This document shows positions 49,212-62,702 of a stretch of DNA of 64,000 nt, piece by piece. Position 1 is the first letter of the stretch. Each line of letters begins with the position of its first letter. Source of the DNA: Octopus sinensis (Eukaryota). The translations under genes and the position numbers were made by a program. The DNA is taken from the NCBI RefSeq assembly GCF_006345805.1, contig NC_043008.1, positions 14,012,001 to 14,076,000 of the forward strand, read 5' to 3'. The notes under the pieces are model-generated. The model was not told where the DNA came from, did not search any database, and saw only the letters and a program-made list of their open reading frames with translations.

Positions 49212-49859
49212 TCTGGGGTGTTTTTGATATCAGTTTATATTTGATAGCAGAGTGAAATGAATATCATTCTACCTGCCACAGCATGTAATGAACAAGTGTA
49301 TGGTTTGCAGAGGAAAAGTAAAGTCAACTAGCAAACAAGAATATATTAAATGCAGTAAAATATTTTACAACCTAAAAGGCAAACAATCTCAATATTTATT
49401 TTACAAAATACGGAATTAATAAAGAATAAGAGGGAAGAGCAAAAAAAAAAGACAAATATTTTTAAAGAGAAAAGAATTTACACTCCAAATATGCCTTAAA
49501 ACAAATTTATATATATACAAAGTAAGATAGGGGTTATATATATATATATGCATATTGTTGGTGAGCAGGAAAGTAAATAGGCTTGCTTAGAGATGGAGTT
49601 GTGAGTGGAATAACACGCACTTGCATATAAACTTTTATTAAATGTAAATTATAGATTGACTATTGATTTATTTCGGGGAAGGGGATTTCCCTATGTGCAT
49701 TTGCAGGTTTACATGAAGATAGGGTGCAAATGCAGAAAGTATAAATAATATTAACGATAATATTAAGTTTGATGGAGATAATGACGCTGATACTACTACT
49801 ACAACTGATAAAATTGCTGTTGTTGTTTTTATTGTCATTATTATTACCATTATTATTGC

Positions 49860-49903
<44 letters not shown>

Positions 49904-50067
49904 TATGTTTGACTTTTGCTTTATGTCTGTACAAGTTGGCTCCAAGTCTCACCCAGAGACCTCAAGAGACAACAGGTTGGAAGTTCTGTGCCATATATTT
50001 GGGGGGGGGGTTGTGTTGTACTAGTGAATGTCTAATACATAAAAAAATAAAATTAAATTTTAAAAAA

Positions 50068-50113
<46 letters not shown>

Positions 50114-50116
<3 letters not shown>

Positions 50117-50707
50117 GAGTGAGAGAGCAGTGCATGCCATCAATGTGACACTGGGGTAAAAAATACGAAGCCCGGTATACCCATCATGACCATCCATCTG
50201 ATATGGGCACACCAGGGACATGCATCACAACCATATGTGCACAGGATGGTGATCTCATATAAAGATGAACAGCTCATGACCTTGCAGGTGGGGCCCAGTT
50301 TGAATTTTCTTCTGGTCGAGTAGCCCATCCCGCTCAAAAGATCCCTGAGTAAGGATGGTTTAAGGATGTTGAACGAACCACCCATGTTTCCAATGGTGAA
50401 TTATCCAAACCTCTAAGAATTCCTTTCAACATACGGCTATGATGCACCCCCAACTACTTCTGCTCATGAAAACTTTATTCAGGGACCTTTTGAGCGGGAT
50501 GTGCTACTCAGAAGGAATCCTAATTGACCCCCACTGCAAGGTCATGCGCTGTTTATCTTGATATGAGATCACCATGTCGCGCACACATGGTTGAGATGCA
50601 TATGCCTAGTGTACCCTTATCAGACGGGTAGTCATGATGGGTATACTGGGCTTCGTATATTTTACCCCAGTCTCACTTTGATGGCATGCACTGCTCCCTT
50701 ACTCAAT
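50114..50707. mobile_element. Family E foldback with about 235-bp arms and outward-facing (AAT)n tracts
   Basis: 50114-50352 is the diverged reverse complement of 50473-50707. The left flank is (TAT)n and the right flank is (AAT)n. Confidence 0.9.
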
Positions 50708-50796
50708 AATAATAAGAATAGTTCTGTTTACTTTAGAACTCAAAAAGTAAGCCACTCGGCAAGTAAAGGAAACAAAATTGAATGAAAATGACAGTG

Positions 50797-50958
50797 CTAA
50801 TAATAATAATAATAGTAATAATAATGATAATAATAATAATAATAATAATAGTAGTAATAATGATAATAATATAATAATAATAATAATAGTAATAATAATG
50901 ATAATAATAATAATAATAGTAATAATAATGATAATAATATAATAATAGTAATAATATG

Positions 50959-50995
<37 letters not shown>

Positions 50996-51150
50996 TAATA
51001 TAATAATAAATAATAATAATAGTAATAATAATGATAATAATAATAATAATAATAATAGTAATAATAATGATAATAATAATAATAATAATATAATAATAGT
51101 AATAATAATGATAATATAATAATAATAATAATAATAATAGTATAATAATG

Positions 51151-51182
<32 letters not shown>

Positions 51183-51261
51183 TAATAAATAATAATAATA
51201 ATAATATAATAATAATAATAATAAATAATAATAATAATAATAATAATATATAATAATAATG

Positions 51262-51304
<43 letters not shown>

Positions 51305-51443
51305 TAATAGTAATAATAATGATAATAATAATAATAATAATATAAGAAGAAGAAGAAGAAGAATAGGAATAATAAAAATAATAATAAAGATAGTAATAGT
51401 AATAATAATAATAACAACAACAGCAACAACAACGACAACAAAA

Positions 51444-51482
<39 letters not shown>

Positions 51483-51510
51483 GTAGTAGTAGTAGTGGTA
51501 GTAGTAGTAG
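50797..51510. repeat. Very long (AAT)n-based trinucleotide array with AGT/GAT/AAG/AAC variants
   Basis: Read directly from the sequence; about 700 bp. Confidence 0.97.
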
Positions 51511-51559
51511 TAATTCTTTCTACTATTGTCATAAGGCCTGAAACCTCGTGGAGAGGCAT

Positions 51560-51718
51560 AGCCGATTATATGGACGCCATAGCGTAATTAATTTATCGAC
51601 CACGAAAGGATTAAAGGCAAAGTCGACCTGGGCGGAATTTGAACTCAGAATGTAAAGACGGACGAAATGCCATTAAGCATTCGCGCCGGCATGCTAACAA
51701 CTCTACCAGCTTGCCGCT
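51560..51718 (-). mobile_element. SINE family C fragment
   Basis: Reverse complement of the head and body. Confidence 0.75.
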
Positions 51719-51901
51719 TTATATCGGTTTCAAATTCTAGTCCAATAACCCTAATTTCTGGAGAAGGGCCGAGCGTTCAACTAGTACTTAATTTATAGAC
51801 ACTGAAAGGGGTGAAACGAAAATTGAACCGCGAGAGAATTTGAACGCATTGTAAAAACGTAAAAATGTAAAAAAATGACGCCCAGCTTCTGATGAGATCT
51901 C

Positions 51902-52304
51902 TTTTACTCTCTTTTACTCTTTTACTTGTTTCAGTCATTTGACTGCGGCCATGCTAGAGCACCGCCTTTAGTCGAGCAAATCGACCCCCGGGACTCAGTC
52001 TTTGTAAGCCCAGTACTTATTCCATCGGAACCTTTTGCCGAACCGCTAAGTGACGGGGACGTAAACACACCAGCATCGGTTGTCAAGCAATGCTAGGGGG
52101 ACAAACACAGACACACACACATACATATATATATATACATATATACGACAGGCTTCTTTCAGTTTCCGTCTACCAAATCCACTCACAAGGCATTGGTCGG
52201 CCCGGGGCTATAGCAGAAGACACTTGCCCAAGATGTCACGCAGTGGGACTGAACCCGGAATCATGTGGTTGGTTAGCAAGCTACTTACCACACAGCCACT
52301 CCTG
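51902..52304 (-). mobile_element. SINE family B, full length
   Basis: Reverse complement nearly identical to 28128-28525. Confidence 0.92.
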
Positions 52305-52579
52305 CTAACGATTCTGCCAAAATAATAACGGTAACGGTAGCATACACTAAATATTTCTTCTCAATGTTTCTTATTGTTTTTGGCGTTGTTTTTCCTCAAT
52401 CTTTCTCAGCATCTCGTCTGTATATTATAGAAGTCAACGTTCTGAATATGTTATAGAATTAAATACAGTGTAAACAACATCGACCGTAATGCGTACACAA
52501 CTACATCAAAATTCGTACGGTTATTGCCATTAATACTGATGACTCTGCAGATGCCAATACCCCTGCTACTTTTCCGGAC

Positions 52580-52828
52580 GGTGATGGTGATGATGATGAC
52601 GACGGTGGCGACAGTGATGTCAGTGATGGTTTTGATGGTGATGATGTTATGTAATGGCTTTTAATAAAAGCAATAAGACCAACAATAACAACAACAGCAC
52701 CAAAACAAAAACCATTTCAACAACAACAGCCATCACCACTATGGCGACGACGGTAACGATGGTGATTATGATCACCATAGTCATCATCATGATCATCGTG
52801 AGAATTATAAACATCATGATGATGGTGG

Positions 52829-52860
<32 letters not shown>

Positions 52861-53044
52861 GTGTTGGTAATGATGAAGATGACGATTATGATTATGATCA
52901 TCATGGTCATCATCATGATCATCGTGAGAATTATAAAGATGATGATGATGATGATGAGGAGGAGGAGGAGGAGGAGGATATAAAATTAAATGTTAATTCT
53001 ATCACAGCAATAAATAATAACGTTGGTGATGATGATGATGATGA

Positions 53045-53120
<76 letters not shown>

Positions 53121-53133
53121 ATGATGATGATGA

Positions 53134-53167
<34 letters not shown>

Positions 53168-53172
53168 CGATG

Positions 53173-53205
<33 letters not shown>

Positions 53206-53210
53206 ATAAC
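52580..53210. repeat. (GAT)n/(AAC)n/(GAG)n trinucleotide arrays
   Basis: Read directly from the sequence; includes a local duplication of GTCATCATCATGATCATCGTGAGAATTATAAA. Confidence 0.95.
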
Positions 53211-53559
53211 AAAGACAAACTTTGATCTTAAAAATCTATTTAGAAATTCAGTGAGAAGTCATTGAAAATCTACACGGGTTTTCGACAAAATGATAAAGAT
53301 TAAAATGATACATAAATAAAGAAGAAGAGAAAGCTAGAAAAAAAAATATATAATGAAGCGCTGAACACTTTTTTTTTCATATAAAACTCTGCCAAACATT
53401 TTCGGCTTTGCACTGAATTGTCAAAATCATGCTTCGCTTTCGTAGAAAAGATTTTCACCAACCTGCAAAATAGCGAGAATGAGAGCAGAATCAATCAGAT
53501 TTAGTAAAGAAGTAGCAATAGAGAAAGCTAGAGTAGAAGTTAGTTACAAAGCTAGCTTT

Positions 53560-54650
53560 TAAGAAAGGCTGCGAAACTCACTTGCTTCGGTAAGATTAGC
53601 ATAAGGGTTACGCTGTCAGAGCGAGTATGCATGATCTTAGACTTAAGTAGATGAAGTCTGTTTGACGGGCCTGTGACAACAAAGATACAATCTAGTCTTT
53701 GGTGAACCATGAAGCGCGCATTTTACTCGATCTCAAGCTAATATGTGCGTCTTTTTAGTGACAATTTGCTCAAGAATTTCGGTGACAGTGGAGGTTCGGA
53801 TTGCGAGACAGACTGTAGTGCCTATCCCGATGGCCTACCGCCGGTCTCGACCACGGGCATGGAGTGTTGTGAAAGGCGGATAACATCCGCTGAAATTCGG
53901 TAGTTGATTACTGCATGGAGATTTCCTGGACAAACCTTCGTGCTTTACGTTAACAAGCCAGACTTGTTTAGTAACCTCTTTGCAATTGTCTACTGCAACT
54001 GGGGACAGAACAAGAACATTTTCAGTTCTATAAACTGTAGTGCCATATCGATAATTTTTTAGCCTATAACTCTCCTAAACGCAAAGTTTAAGATTTTGGC
54101 TAAGGTGCTAGCGACGAGGTTAGCGCTTGTTATCAATGTCTAGTGGGGGCAGTTATGCGGCATCCCAAACACATCCGTCCACGACAACTTCAACCTCATG
54201 CGATACATTATATAGAGTTGTGGTTAGGAACCGGACACGGGTTGAGCCCCGATCAACTTAGTTCAATCAAAAGCTTTTGATAGAGGCAACCAACGTATTT
54301 GGAGGAACTCCTTAAGGCAGTCGGCTTCGGGACCGTTTTCAGCGGGTAGATCGCTGAAATTCACAGTGACACTTGGCTTTGAGTGTAGAGTAAACGGTCA
54401 TCTTTCAGTACCAATGTACATCATGTGTTCGGTCCATAAAAGATGTCACCTCACGTCTCTTTTTTCTGTATTGACTCTTGATCCATTACTACCGAAATTG
54501 GAGACGTGAAGGGCCTCCCGTGTGAACTAGGATGTGGAAGATCCGTGTCAGCATATGCCGACGACGTTACTGTAGAGGTGTCGATCCCCAATCGAATTTA
54601 GATGATCGGCACCGTTTTCAGGAAGTACAAGGCGGTAAACTTGCAAGGAT
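53560..54650 (+). mobile_element. Decayed Tx1/L1-clade LINE reverse transcriptase
   Basis: PITLLNAKFKILAKVLATRL (from 54063), SKAFDR, RVNGHLS, LTLDPLL and AYADDVT (54551-54571), with many stops and frameshifts. Confidence 0.88.
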
Positions 54651-54949
54651 CAAAAATTAACTAAACCATTCGGCGGGCCTGTAACTCGGCACCTGATGGT
54701 TTCCAAATATTCAGTATGCAAGAAATACACATAAAAAACTATTCGAAAATGATTGTTTTGTACAAAATAAGAATCCAAATAGCTTAATGGTGTATACTTA
54801 GCAGAAAACGTTGACCACTGTGTGACAGATGTTGGTAGTGAAGGGTGAGTTACTGAAAGGATGAGAGATATTGTCATCTATCTTATAGTTAATCATCATT
54901 AAATCATCATGAGGCGCGCAGAACTTCGAACATTGTTTAATGTTTATGG

Positions 54950-56200
54950 CACATCATGTCTTGTACTGAACTTCGTACAAATGAATTGATATAATTTCCG
55001 TATCTGTATTTGCAGCTTAATTTTATTCTAAAAGCATCCTCTCATTATTACATAAACGTTATTTATGGAACTCTAGCAACCTAACTACGCCATTGTGTAT
55101 GCCTTCTTCAAACACTTAGTCTGAAAGCAGTATTGGGAGTTTTCACAGTATTGGGAGTTTTCCTTTGTCCAATGAATCAGCTACGGTATCCAGAGGATTA
55201 ATTACGTTGACGTTCTGGAAGTCTCTAACTGTAAGTTTATGTTCCTTCTCAATAGATTTCATAACTTGTTTGAAAGCGAGTTGTCACCAATTCATCCATT
55301 GAGTAGAGCAAACATGTTGTAGTTTTGAATATATATTCTACTCTGAAATTATGAGAAGGCCAGAGTTGACTGGATAAAGTTGGTGCATTGACTAAAAGGG
55401 CAATGATTTGTTGAAAATACTATGCAAAGCGCTGCACTTTTTTTATAGTAAGACAAATAAGTATTTGTAAACCACTCTTCGAATATCACTTAACCATCTA
55501 AGCCTTCTTATTTGGATGCGAAAATGCATACTTATATATATTTTTAAAAACTGACAGAAGTCTTGAAAGCTATTGGGTTTTTAGAGGAGTGAGAGCTTTC
55601 ATTTCTTATCACCAGCGGTATTTTCTCCCAGAAGAAATGTAAGATAACAAGTAGTTTGAAAACCTAATATTGATTTTTTTCTTTTCGAAACAGAAACGCT
55701 CTAACAAGCTTCCATATGAGTGCAGTTTTTCCAATACTGTTTACTGGCCGTTCAGCCATGATTTCTTCCAAATGCTCAGGATAATCTGTATTAGCATTGG
55801 CAGCTTCAAGAACCGGTTTTACGTTGTAAACCACTCTTAAGCTTTTCGAACCAGCTTTTACCAGCCAGAAAAGATTTCTTCTTTCTTTTTCTGCAAATGG
55901 TCATACAGACATTTGGAATTTTTTTTTATTGCCATCATGTTTCGTATTTATCGGCACATTACATAGAGTCTGATCTTTGATCCATGCACCCAATATAATT
56001 TCCATTTTAAGCATTACATTACATCTATGGGAAAAGAAAATCTAGTTAGTTATCTGATATAATTCAAGAACAGCCGGTTTAATTTTCTGTCTATTGTTAA
56101 ATATTGTTCCCACTGTAGATGTTGCAAGTTTTAATGGTTTGGCCATATAGCGGATTATTTTTTTCTCTTATATGAAACCTTTGAAAAATAAACAGTGTTA
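54950..56200 (-). mobile_element. Decayed pogo/Tigger (DDE_1) transposase
   Basis: The minus strand gives LKLATSTVGTIFNNRQKI (HTH), FLAGKSWFEK, EAANANTDYPEHLEEI, NKKA*M..IFEEWF and LLVNAPT...TTCLLYSMDELV, matching Tigger LLDNAP..NTTSLLQPMDQGV. There are multiple frameshifts and TIRs were not resolved. Confidence 0.85.
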
Positions 56201-57030
56201 AATTTCCAGTGTCATACTTTTACACATCACTCTGATAGCACTGCTTTCAGTTCTGTTTGATGGCTTCTTTCAGAATCTTCGATAAATGCAACAGCGGCGA
56301 CAATAAACAGTGGTGCACAAGTAGATAGTGTTAAAAATAGGATCAGGTAAGGATTGCTTTTTTGTGATTGTGATGGTGTTGGTATTGTTGTTGTTGTCCG
56401 TGGTGGTGGTGCTGGTGGTGCTGGTGGTGGTGGTGCTGCTGCTGGCTGGTGAATGATGCTGATGGTGGTGGGGTCGATGGTGGTAGTGTTGTTAGTTTTG
56501 ACTTACTTTATTGTAGTAATGACAGGGGCATTGTTGGTAGTAGCAGTGGTTATCTTGTTCTTGTTACGTGTATTGTTGTTGTACCTTAGTCTCATGTCAA
56601 AACTCAAATGCCCTAGGGTCAAAGAAACTTCATTCAACGTTTAGTATACGCTTGATGGCAAATATGAGAAGAAAAATTCTCTAGAAACACAAGAAAATCA
56701 CTCGCACTATGGCAGCTCATAAATATCCTAAACAAATGTAATGCTAAATGGGGAATCTGAGCTGTTCAGCATGGAGTAATTGACGAAGGAAATTAGCAGC
56801 AATTTTGAACATTGCCTCCTCATCGTCAGTATATAATAGCTTGTGGTAATTAGCGAGACAACAACAATATGCAATATGTAGTCGGCTCAAGTTTGAATAA
56901 TCGTATAAATCCGAAGGAGAACAGAGAGTCATAGAACATTTACGGGGTTGTACCTACTTGTAGCATGAATTTGTAGCATGAAAACTGCGCGGAGAAAGGT
57001 AGAACATCTGGCTTTTTTACGAGTATCAGT

Positions 57031-57170
57031 GAGAATTATATAACAGATTTGTACCCAGGAAAATTTTAAAGGTGCAGCAGATGTGAGTAGCAGATCTAAT
57101 GAGGATTATATAATAGCTTTGTACTTAGGACAATTTTAAAAGTACAGAAAATGTGAGTACCAGATTTATC
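57031..57170. repeat. Diverged 70-bp tandem duplication
   Basis: GAGAATTATATAACAGATTTGTACCCAGG.. versus GAGGATTATATAATAGCTTTGTACTTAGG.. Confidence 0.85.
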
Positions 57171-57862
57171 ACATGTAAGAGCTGTTTTGGAGGATATTCT
57201 TTCAACAGCTCATTAGATGCACAACAAACAGCATCGCTTATGATTTCTCAAACGTCACTTCCCCAAATTAACGACCGTGAAGCTGAGAAGACAAGCAACA
57301 AATACTAATCTATCATCTTGTGATGAAAAGTAGAAAACTAATGGAGACAAAATATTGAAAAGGAACATACGAAACAAAATACCGGAGGATGGGGTTGAAA
57401 GTGATGTGATGAAAATGCACGTCAAAATGGAAATTACTTTAAGTAGAAAATTAGAATAAATTCAAGTTAAAGTACATTCAGACATCCTTGATTTGCATAG
57501 TTATTCTACTTAACGAAGGACTGAATAACCCTTTTAGCAGGCAGTAAGAAGAGTTAAGCGCAAATCCAATACAGATTTAGGAGACCAGCTCCTACTTTGT
57601 GCAACATGAACCAAATGCACTTTCGTACGAATTATTTAAGGGAGCGACACAAGACCGCATTTAGATTAAGACAAACAGGATTTTCAGGGCTAGATTTTGG
57701 TTATTTGGAAAAAGTTCAAATGGAAGAGAAAGAAAACATGAGAATTAGAGTAAACCTTCATTTGGCTATAATTGAAAAGCTATAATTGATTTGAAACAAA
57801 ATAAAAACTACATAGACCAAGTAAGATACACGAAACATATGAATATATAAATATAAATATTG

Positions 57863-58210
57863 AGGCGCAGGAGTGACTGTGTGGTAAGTAGCTTGCTAAC
57901 CAACTACATGCTTCCAGGTTCAGTCCCACTGCGTGGCATCTTGGTCAAGTGTCTTCTGCTATAGCCCCAGGACGACCAATGCCTTGTGAGTGGATTTGGT
58001 AGACGAAAACTGAAAGAAGCCTGTCGTATATATGTATGTATATGTATATGTATCTGTGTGTGTTTGTGTGTATGTGTTTGTCCCCCTAGCATTCCTTGAC
58101 AACCGATGCTGGTGTGTTTATGACCCTGTTACCTAGCGGTTCGGCTCGATTAAAGGGGTGCTCCAGCATGGCCGCAGTCAAATGACTGAAACTAGTAAAA
58201 GAGTAAAAGA
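57863..58210 (+). mobile_element. SINE family B with a deletion of about 50 bp in the tail
   Basis: GCGGTTCGGC joins directly to TCGATTAAAGG. Confidence 0.88.
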
Positions 58211-58987
58211 GTATATACACACACACACACATATATATATACACATGATGTGTATATATGCGTATGTGCGTGTCTTCATGCATAATATAGTTATATATTT
58301 GCACATACCATCACATATATGTATATATAGAAATACACACATCCATATACCTATATAAATATATGTACAATCTTTGGTTACGGAAAGGATTGAGCGGAAA
58401 GACAACGAGAACTGGAGGAAACTTTTGACTTGACTCAAGAAAAATTGATTTCTTTAAATATAACTATTTTACAAACATATGTGAGTATTTGTGTATGTGG
58501 TGTGTGTCTGTGTCTGTGTCTGTGTGTATGTGTATGTGTGTGTGTGTCTGTGTGTGTGTTTGTGTGTGTGTGTGTAAGTGTGTATGTGTGTGTATTCTGT
58601 GAATTTTTCCAAAATAATGATTCATTGAAAACGTCGTAATATATTTTAGATTCCCTTTGCCCCTCCTACTCCCTTCGTATTTTTATTACTGTACTTTAAA
58701 CCCACTTAACTTATGCGTTCCTATTGAATAAAAAAAATGTATAATGAATAAAGCTTTCTTCTCCTTCGTCCTCGCCTTCATCTTTTTCTTCTCGTCTCAT
58801 ATTATTAATAACCGTATTAAAAATATAGTTGTTATTATGATTATCCTTGTTGTTACTGTAACTAATGTTGTTGCTGCTGTGGTTATTGTTATTTTTTTCC
58901 TTTGTTATATTTGTCCCCATACGAACAAAGGTTTGATATTTGCTCAAAATGGAAAATATTATATTGATCAGTTGAATTACTTTACAG

Positions 58988-59068
58988 CTTGAGGACATTT
59001 CTCTTGCAAAACAATTTGTGCATGAGATGAAATCTTTTGTTGCACTGAGCCATATTCATTTGTTCCAG
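58988..59068 (+). CDS. Weak candidate 81-nt exon (LEDISLAKQFVHEMKSFVALSHIHLFQ)
   Basis: Acceptor TTACTTTACAG|, an open phase-0 frame and a weak donor CAG|GTCCAT. The opposite strand also has an open frame, so the strand is ambiguous. Confidence 0.2.
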
Positions 59069-59557
59069 GTCCATAACATGTGCAGCTTAGCTTAAATCCT
59101 AGCGTTGTATTTACTATGCCCGTAGTTTAACTAAGAACCCTGGCCTCAAATTCATGGTATCAGTAAAATAAACAAATTGTTATGTACTTCATAATTTCAA
59201 TAGTAGGGTTAACATTTTATATGAGAAAAATCCAAGAAGAATTGATTATATAGAAATTGAGAGAATTTATATCATAGATTTATGTTGCAGATTCCCTAGA
59301 GAGATAGTAATTATAACTTATAACAAATCTCCTTGCTCAAATGGTATTATTACTTCTAATATATTGCCACAAATGATAGTGGGCATATATATACGCACAT
59401 ATATATACATATACACACACACACTCGCATTCACACACATTCACACTCACATACACAAACACACACATATATATATAGAGAGAGAGAGTAAGATAGATTC
59501 ATACATACATACATATATATGTATATATATACACACGTAGTTACAAAGATATATAAT

Positions 59558-59610
<53 letters not shown>

Positions 59611-59947
59611 TATATATATATGCATAGACATATACGTATGTGTGTGTCTATGTATGTATATGAACATATATGTATGTATGTATGTATGTGTATATATATA
59701 TATATATGTGTGTGTGTATGTGTGTATATATATCTATATACACACACACGCAAATATAAAATCTATAAATATACGTGTATACACACATAAGCATATGCCT
59801 ATACGCATATACACACACACGCTCACTCGCCAACTCACACACTTAAATGGCATTTAAATCAATAACAAACTGAGACGTATTTCCATATATACGTATTTGT
59901 CTGTATATTTGTGTATCTTGATAATAACTGCAAATTAATTTACTCAC

Positions 59948-60028
59948 TGAGGAATTTCTTTTTTTTAATTCTAAGAGCAATAAATGTATGGAAGATGTCC
60001 ATGGAATCTAGTATTTGGTAAATATAAT
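59948..60028 (-). CDS. Weak candidate 81-nt exon (YIYQILDSMDIFHTFIALRIKKKKFL)
   Basis: Minus-strand acceptor TTTCAAATGTTAG|, strong donor CA|GTGAGT, and a symmetric phase-1 open frame. Confidence 0.25.
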
Positions 60029-60294
60029 CTAACATTTGAAATTAACTGTTTACCATCAGTAAATGTTACTGAAGGCTATCTAATTCTTGGAATTGGCTTG
60101 GAGTATCATAATTCATATTATGAACTATAATAATATTTTATAGTATTTCTAAAATGAAATATTCCTCAAATTAGCGCATAAAGTAAGCGGTTAATGCCGT
60201 CTACTCAGTTTCAGTGGGCAAATGAATGCAGTTCTCAAAGTGAATGGTAGTAACTTTAAACGCCACTATTCCAATATCTATATGGAATCTACCC

Positions 60295-60765
60295 AAACAA
60301 GAAGGAAGAGAGCAAAGTTCTGTATATGTATGTAAGTACACATACTTCTGTACCTTCATAATTATATCCAGTATAAAATTTTTCCGGTGGGTCATCTGTC
60401 GGTTATCATTGGTGTGCTACGCTTTGCTCTGTCCATATTGAAAACATTTGCACACCAGGATTTTGTTAAAATGTTAAAAACAGATAAGGAAAATAGAAGT
60501 TCCCCAACGCTATAATCTTTATACGATAAACAAATAAGAATATTATAAACTGTAAGATGGATCTATTAGTTATATTCATTACAGCAAGACTAGTTGAAAT
60601 CCTGGTGTGCAAATGTTTTCAATATGGACAGAGCAAAGTGTAGCACACCAATGATAACCCACGGAGGACCTACCGGAAAAGTTTTATGCTGGATATGATT
60701 GTGAAGGTACGGAAGTATGTATACTTACATACATATACAGAACTTTGCTCTCTTCCTTCTTGTTT
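60295..60765. repeat. Foldback element, about 170-bp arms, 133-bp spacer
   Basis: 60295-60463 is the diverged reverse complement of 60597-60765. Confidence 0.92.
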
Positions 60766-60827
60766 TTTTTTTCGTTCTCTCTCCGTCTTTTCCACTGTGT
60801 ATGTGTGTGTGTGTGTATTGAAGGTAC

Positions 60828-60955
60828 TGTGTCGGTTACAAAGACAGGTGATCTTGTTGATCGGATCAACGTAACAGCCTACTCGTAAAATTAACGTGCA
60901 ATGTCTGAGCACGAGCGTAACCTCAACGTACTTACAGCGTGACTCAGAATGTGAC
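60828..60955 (-). mobile_element. SINE family A 3' fragment
   Basis: GTTGATCGGATCAACGTAACAGCCTACTCGTAAAATTAACGTGCAA matches 825-870. Confidence 0.7.
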
Positions 60956-60961
60956 ACACAC

Positions 60962-61198
60962 ATATATATTTCTTTATTGCCCACAAGGGACTAAACATAG
61001 AGGGGACAAACAAGGACAGATAAACGGATTAAGTCGATTATATTGACCCCAGTGAGTAACTGGTACTTAATTTATCGATCCCCGAAAGGATGAAAAGCAA
61101 AGTCGACCTCGGCGAAATTTGAACTCAGAACATAACGGCAGACGAAATACCGCTATCCATTTCGCCAGGCGCGCTAACGTTTCTGCCAGCTCACCGCC

Positions 61199-61199
<1 letters not shown>
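60962..61199 (-). mobile_element. SINE family C monomer
   Basis: Reverse complement of the head, body and tail. Confidence 0.9.
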
Positions 61200-61264
<65 letters not shown>

Positions 61265-61268
61265 ATAT

Positions 61269-61318
<50 letters not shown>

Positions 61319-62209
61319 ACATGTGTGTGTCTATGTATGTATGTATGTATGTACACATATATAACTGTGTGACTTATCTATATATTTGTACATATACAAC
61401 TCTTACATCACTGTGTATATATATCTCCCTGTAGCACACTCTCTCTCTCTCTTTATCTCTCTTTATCTCTCTCTGATTATGTAATTAATGAATGAACAAA
61501 TTACACTTAATAGCAAATTGTCAATAAATACCTCACTTACAGCATGATCATTGAACTTCAATACTACTTAAACACATAGCTAACAAAAATAATGTGAGGG
61601 TAAACATATCACAGAGAATGTAGTCACCTGCCCTATAAAATGCAGTTGAATACCGCTCATAATGTTTTACTTTATAAATTCATTCCTCACAACATTTAAA
61701 CAGTAACTCAACTGACTATTGAAATGTGTTAGGATATCTAACAACTAAATTTATAGAAGTCCTGCCGTCATTTTTTTCATATCATTTCCAACCTTGTGCT
61801 TCCATTTTCTTCTCTCGACATTTCTTATCATACTTCTTTTTCATTTTTGACCTATCCTTCTTGATTCTAACTCTAGCTCTATCTTCCCTCTTTCAGAAAC
61901 CTCACTCCGACTTTTATCTCGCTTTCTTTCTCTTTCAGTATGGTATTTCCCTCCTTCTCTCTCTCTCTCTCTCTTTCACTTTCCCTCTCTCTTTCCCATC
62001 ACTCTCCCTTTCTCTCTTCATATCATACGTTAGCTTCTTCCATCTATTTCCCCCTTTATTTTGCCCTCTCTCCCCCCAGTACTTCCCACTGTATTTTTCA
62101 CCTAAAAATATTATTATTAATCTCAACACACTTTAGGCTTACTGAATAAGGAATAATAAATACAAAATATGAGAAAAAGCTAAAACGAGAGCAAAAACCA
62201 ATACAAACA

Positions 62210-62227
62210 ACAGCAACAATAAAAACT

Positions 62228-62264
<37 letters not shown>

Positions 62265-62359
62265 TAGTAATAATAATAATAATTATGATGATGATGATGA
62301 TGATAATAATAATAATAACAACAACAACAACAACAATGATAATAATAATAATTATTATT

Positions 62360-62393
<34 letters not shown>

Positions 62394-62457
62394 CCACAAC
62401 AACAACATCAAACACAACAACAACAACAACAACAACGACACTAATAATAATAATAAT

Positions 62458-62504
<47 letters not shown>

Positions 62505-62520
62505 CAATAGTAATAATAAT
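62210..62520. repeat. (AAT)n/(AAC)n/(GAT)n array
   Basis: Read directly from the sequence. Confidence 0.95.
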
Positions 62521-62670
62521 ATATCCATACAAGCATATAACCAGAGTCCTTATCCAAATATTAAATTGGAAAATATACTATTGAGAAAATGTTGAAACAT
62601 AATTAAATGGTAAACATTATGGAAGAATTGACTATCAACTAACTAGCAAGGGATATTCAACTGTTGTTCT

Positions 62671-62702
62671 TAAATTTTAATTTTTTTTTCTTGCAGGTAA
62701 TT
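62671..62702 (+). other. Strong 3' splice site immediately followed by a 5' splice site (AG|GT)
   Basis: TTTTAATTTTTTTTTTCTTGCAG|GTAATT, junction at 62696/62697. Confidence 0.4.

Noticed and set aside
50699-51559. Longest ORFs in the track (286 aa and 216 aa; poly-L/I/Y)
   Set aside because: They are read-through of the (AAT)n array, which has no stops in two minus-strand frames. The same applies to all YI-, CV-, TH-, LS- and M-repeat ORFs.
56744-56932. ORF with faint resemblance to 14-3-3 helices (SRLHIAYCCCLANYHKLLYTDDEEAMFKIAANF)
   Set aside because: The invariant PIRLGLALNFSVFYYE motif is largely absent and there are no convincing splice sites. An HHpred search would settle it.
61541-61579. 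39-nt minus-strand segment with strong splice signals
   Set aside because: It has stops in all three frames, so at best it is a non-coding exon and cannot be supported without RNA data.
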